NCBI GenBank assembly: GCA_044868695.1
Contig: JBIOWP010000060.1
Location: forward strand, 1-13,701
Source: a bacterium
GTDB taxonomy: Bacteria; Sysuimicrobiota; Sysuimicrobiia; Sysuimicrobiales; Kaftiobacteriaceae
Reading direction: 5' to 3'
Length of the DNA stretch: 13,701 bases
Shown: piece by piece, positions 13,586-13,701 of the stretch
How the letters are laid out: each line of letters opens with the position of its first letter
Numbering within the stretch: position 1 is the first letter of the stretch
Made by a program: the position numbers and the translations under genes
The notes under the pieces: model-generated
Databases searched by the model: none
The model's input: only the letters and a program-made list of their open reading frames with translations
What the model was told of the DNA's origin: nothing

Positions 13586-13701
13586 TTTGAAGCAAATTTC
13601 CAGCCAGTGCTATAGGAGCTTCAGACCAGAGTACTGCTGTTCGCATGCCCTGCCGGAGCGGGAGGTTAGACGCTGGTGGGTGAGAAGGAGAAGGCCGACC
13701 C

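Noticed and set aside
13685..13701. AAGGAG SD-like sequence suggesting a divergent plus-strand gene beyond the right edge
   Set aside because: No start codon lies inside the window, so it cannot be called as a feature.

Overview
GC-rich bacterial chromosomal segment with 11 credible CDSs. I see no rRNA, tRNA, CRISPR array or mobile-element enzyme. Left part: a minus-strand PLP-dependent alpha-oxoamine synthase (BioF/KBL/serine-palmitoyltransferase family; missing from the ORF track because its stop lies outside the window). It is divergent from three plus-strand genes: a small beta-sandwich-like hypothetical, a cytoplasmic sulfite-oxidase-family molybdoenzyme and a PYROXD2/phytoene-desaturase-family flavoprotein. 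Right part, all minus strand: a degenerate-GGDEF multidomain protein, a 67-aa Lys/Arg-rich H1-like protein, a secreted His/Cys-motif helical protein, a tctCBA tripartite tricarboxylate transporter, and a zinc-ribbon/class III cyclase/STAND-ATPase/TPR protein. The intergenic DNA is unusually informative: a G(C/A)AGG(A/C)-N18-(G/C)AA motif resembling a sigma-H promoter precedes four genes, a sigma70-type promoter suggests a leaderless cyclase mRNA, a 9-mer tandem/inverted repeat forms a hairpin between convergent genes, a G-rich heptamer array follows one gene, and there are two terminator-like hairpins. The best novelty candidates are the three uncharacterised genes at 11177-13585 and the shared promoter motif. 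All family calls come from motif recognition by eye, not database searches.
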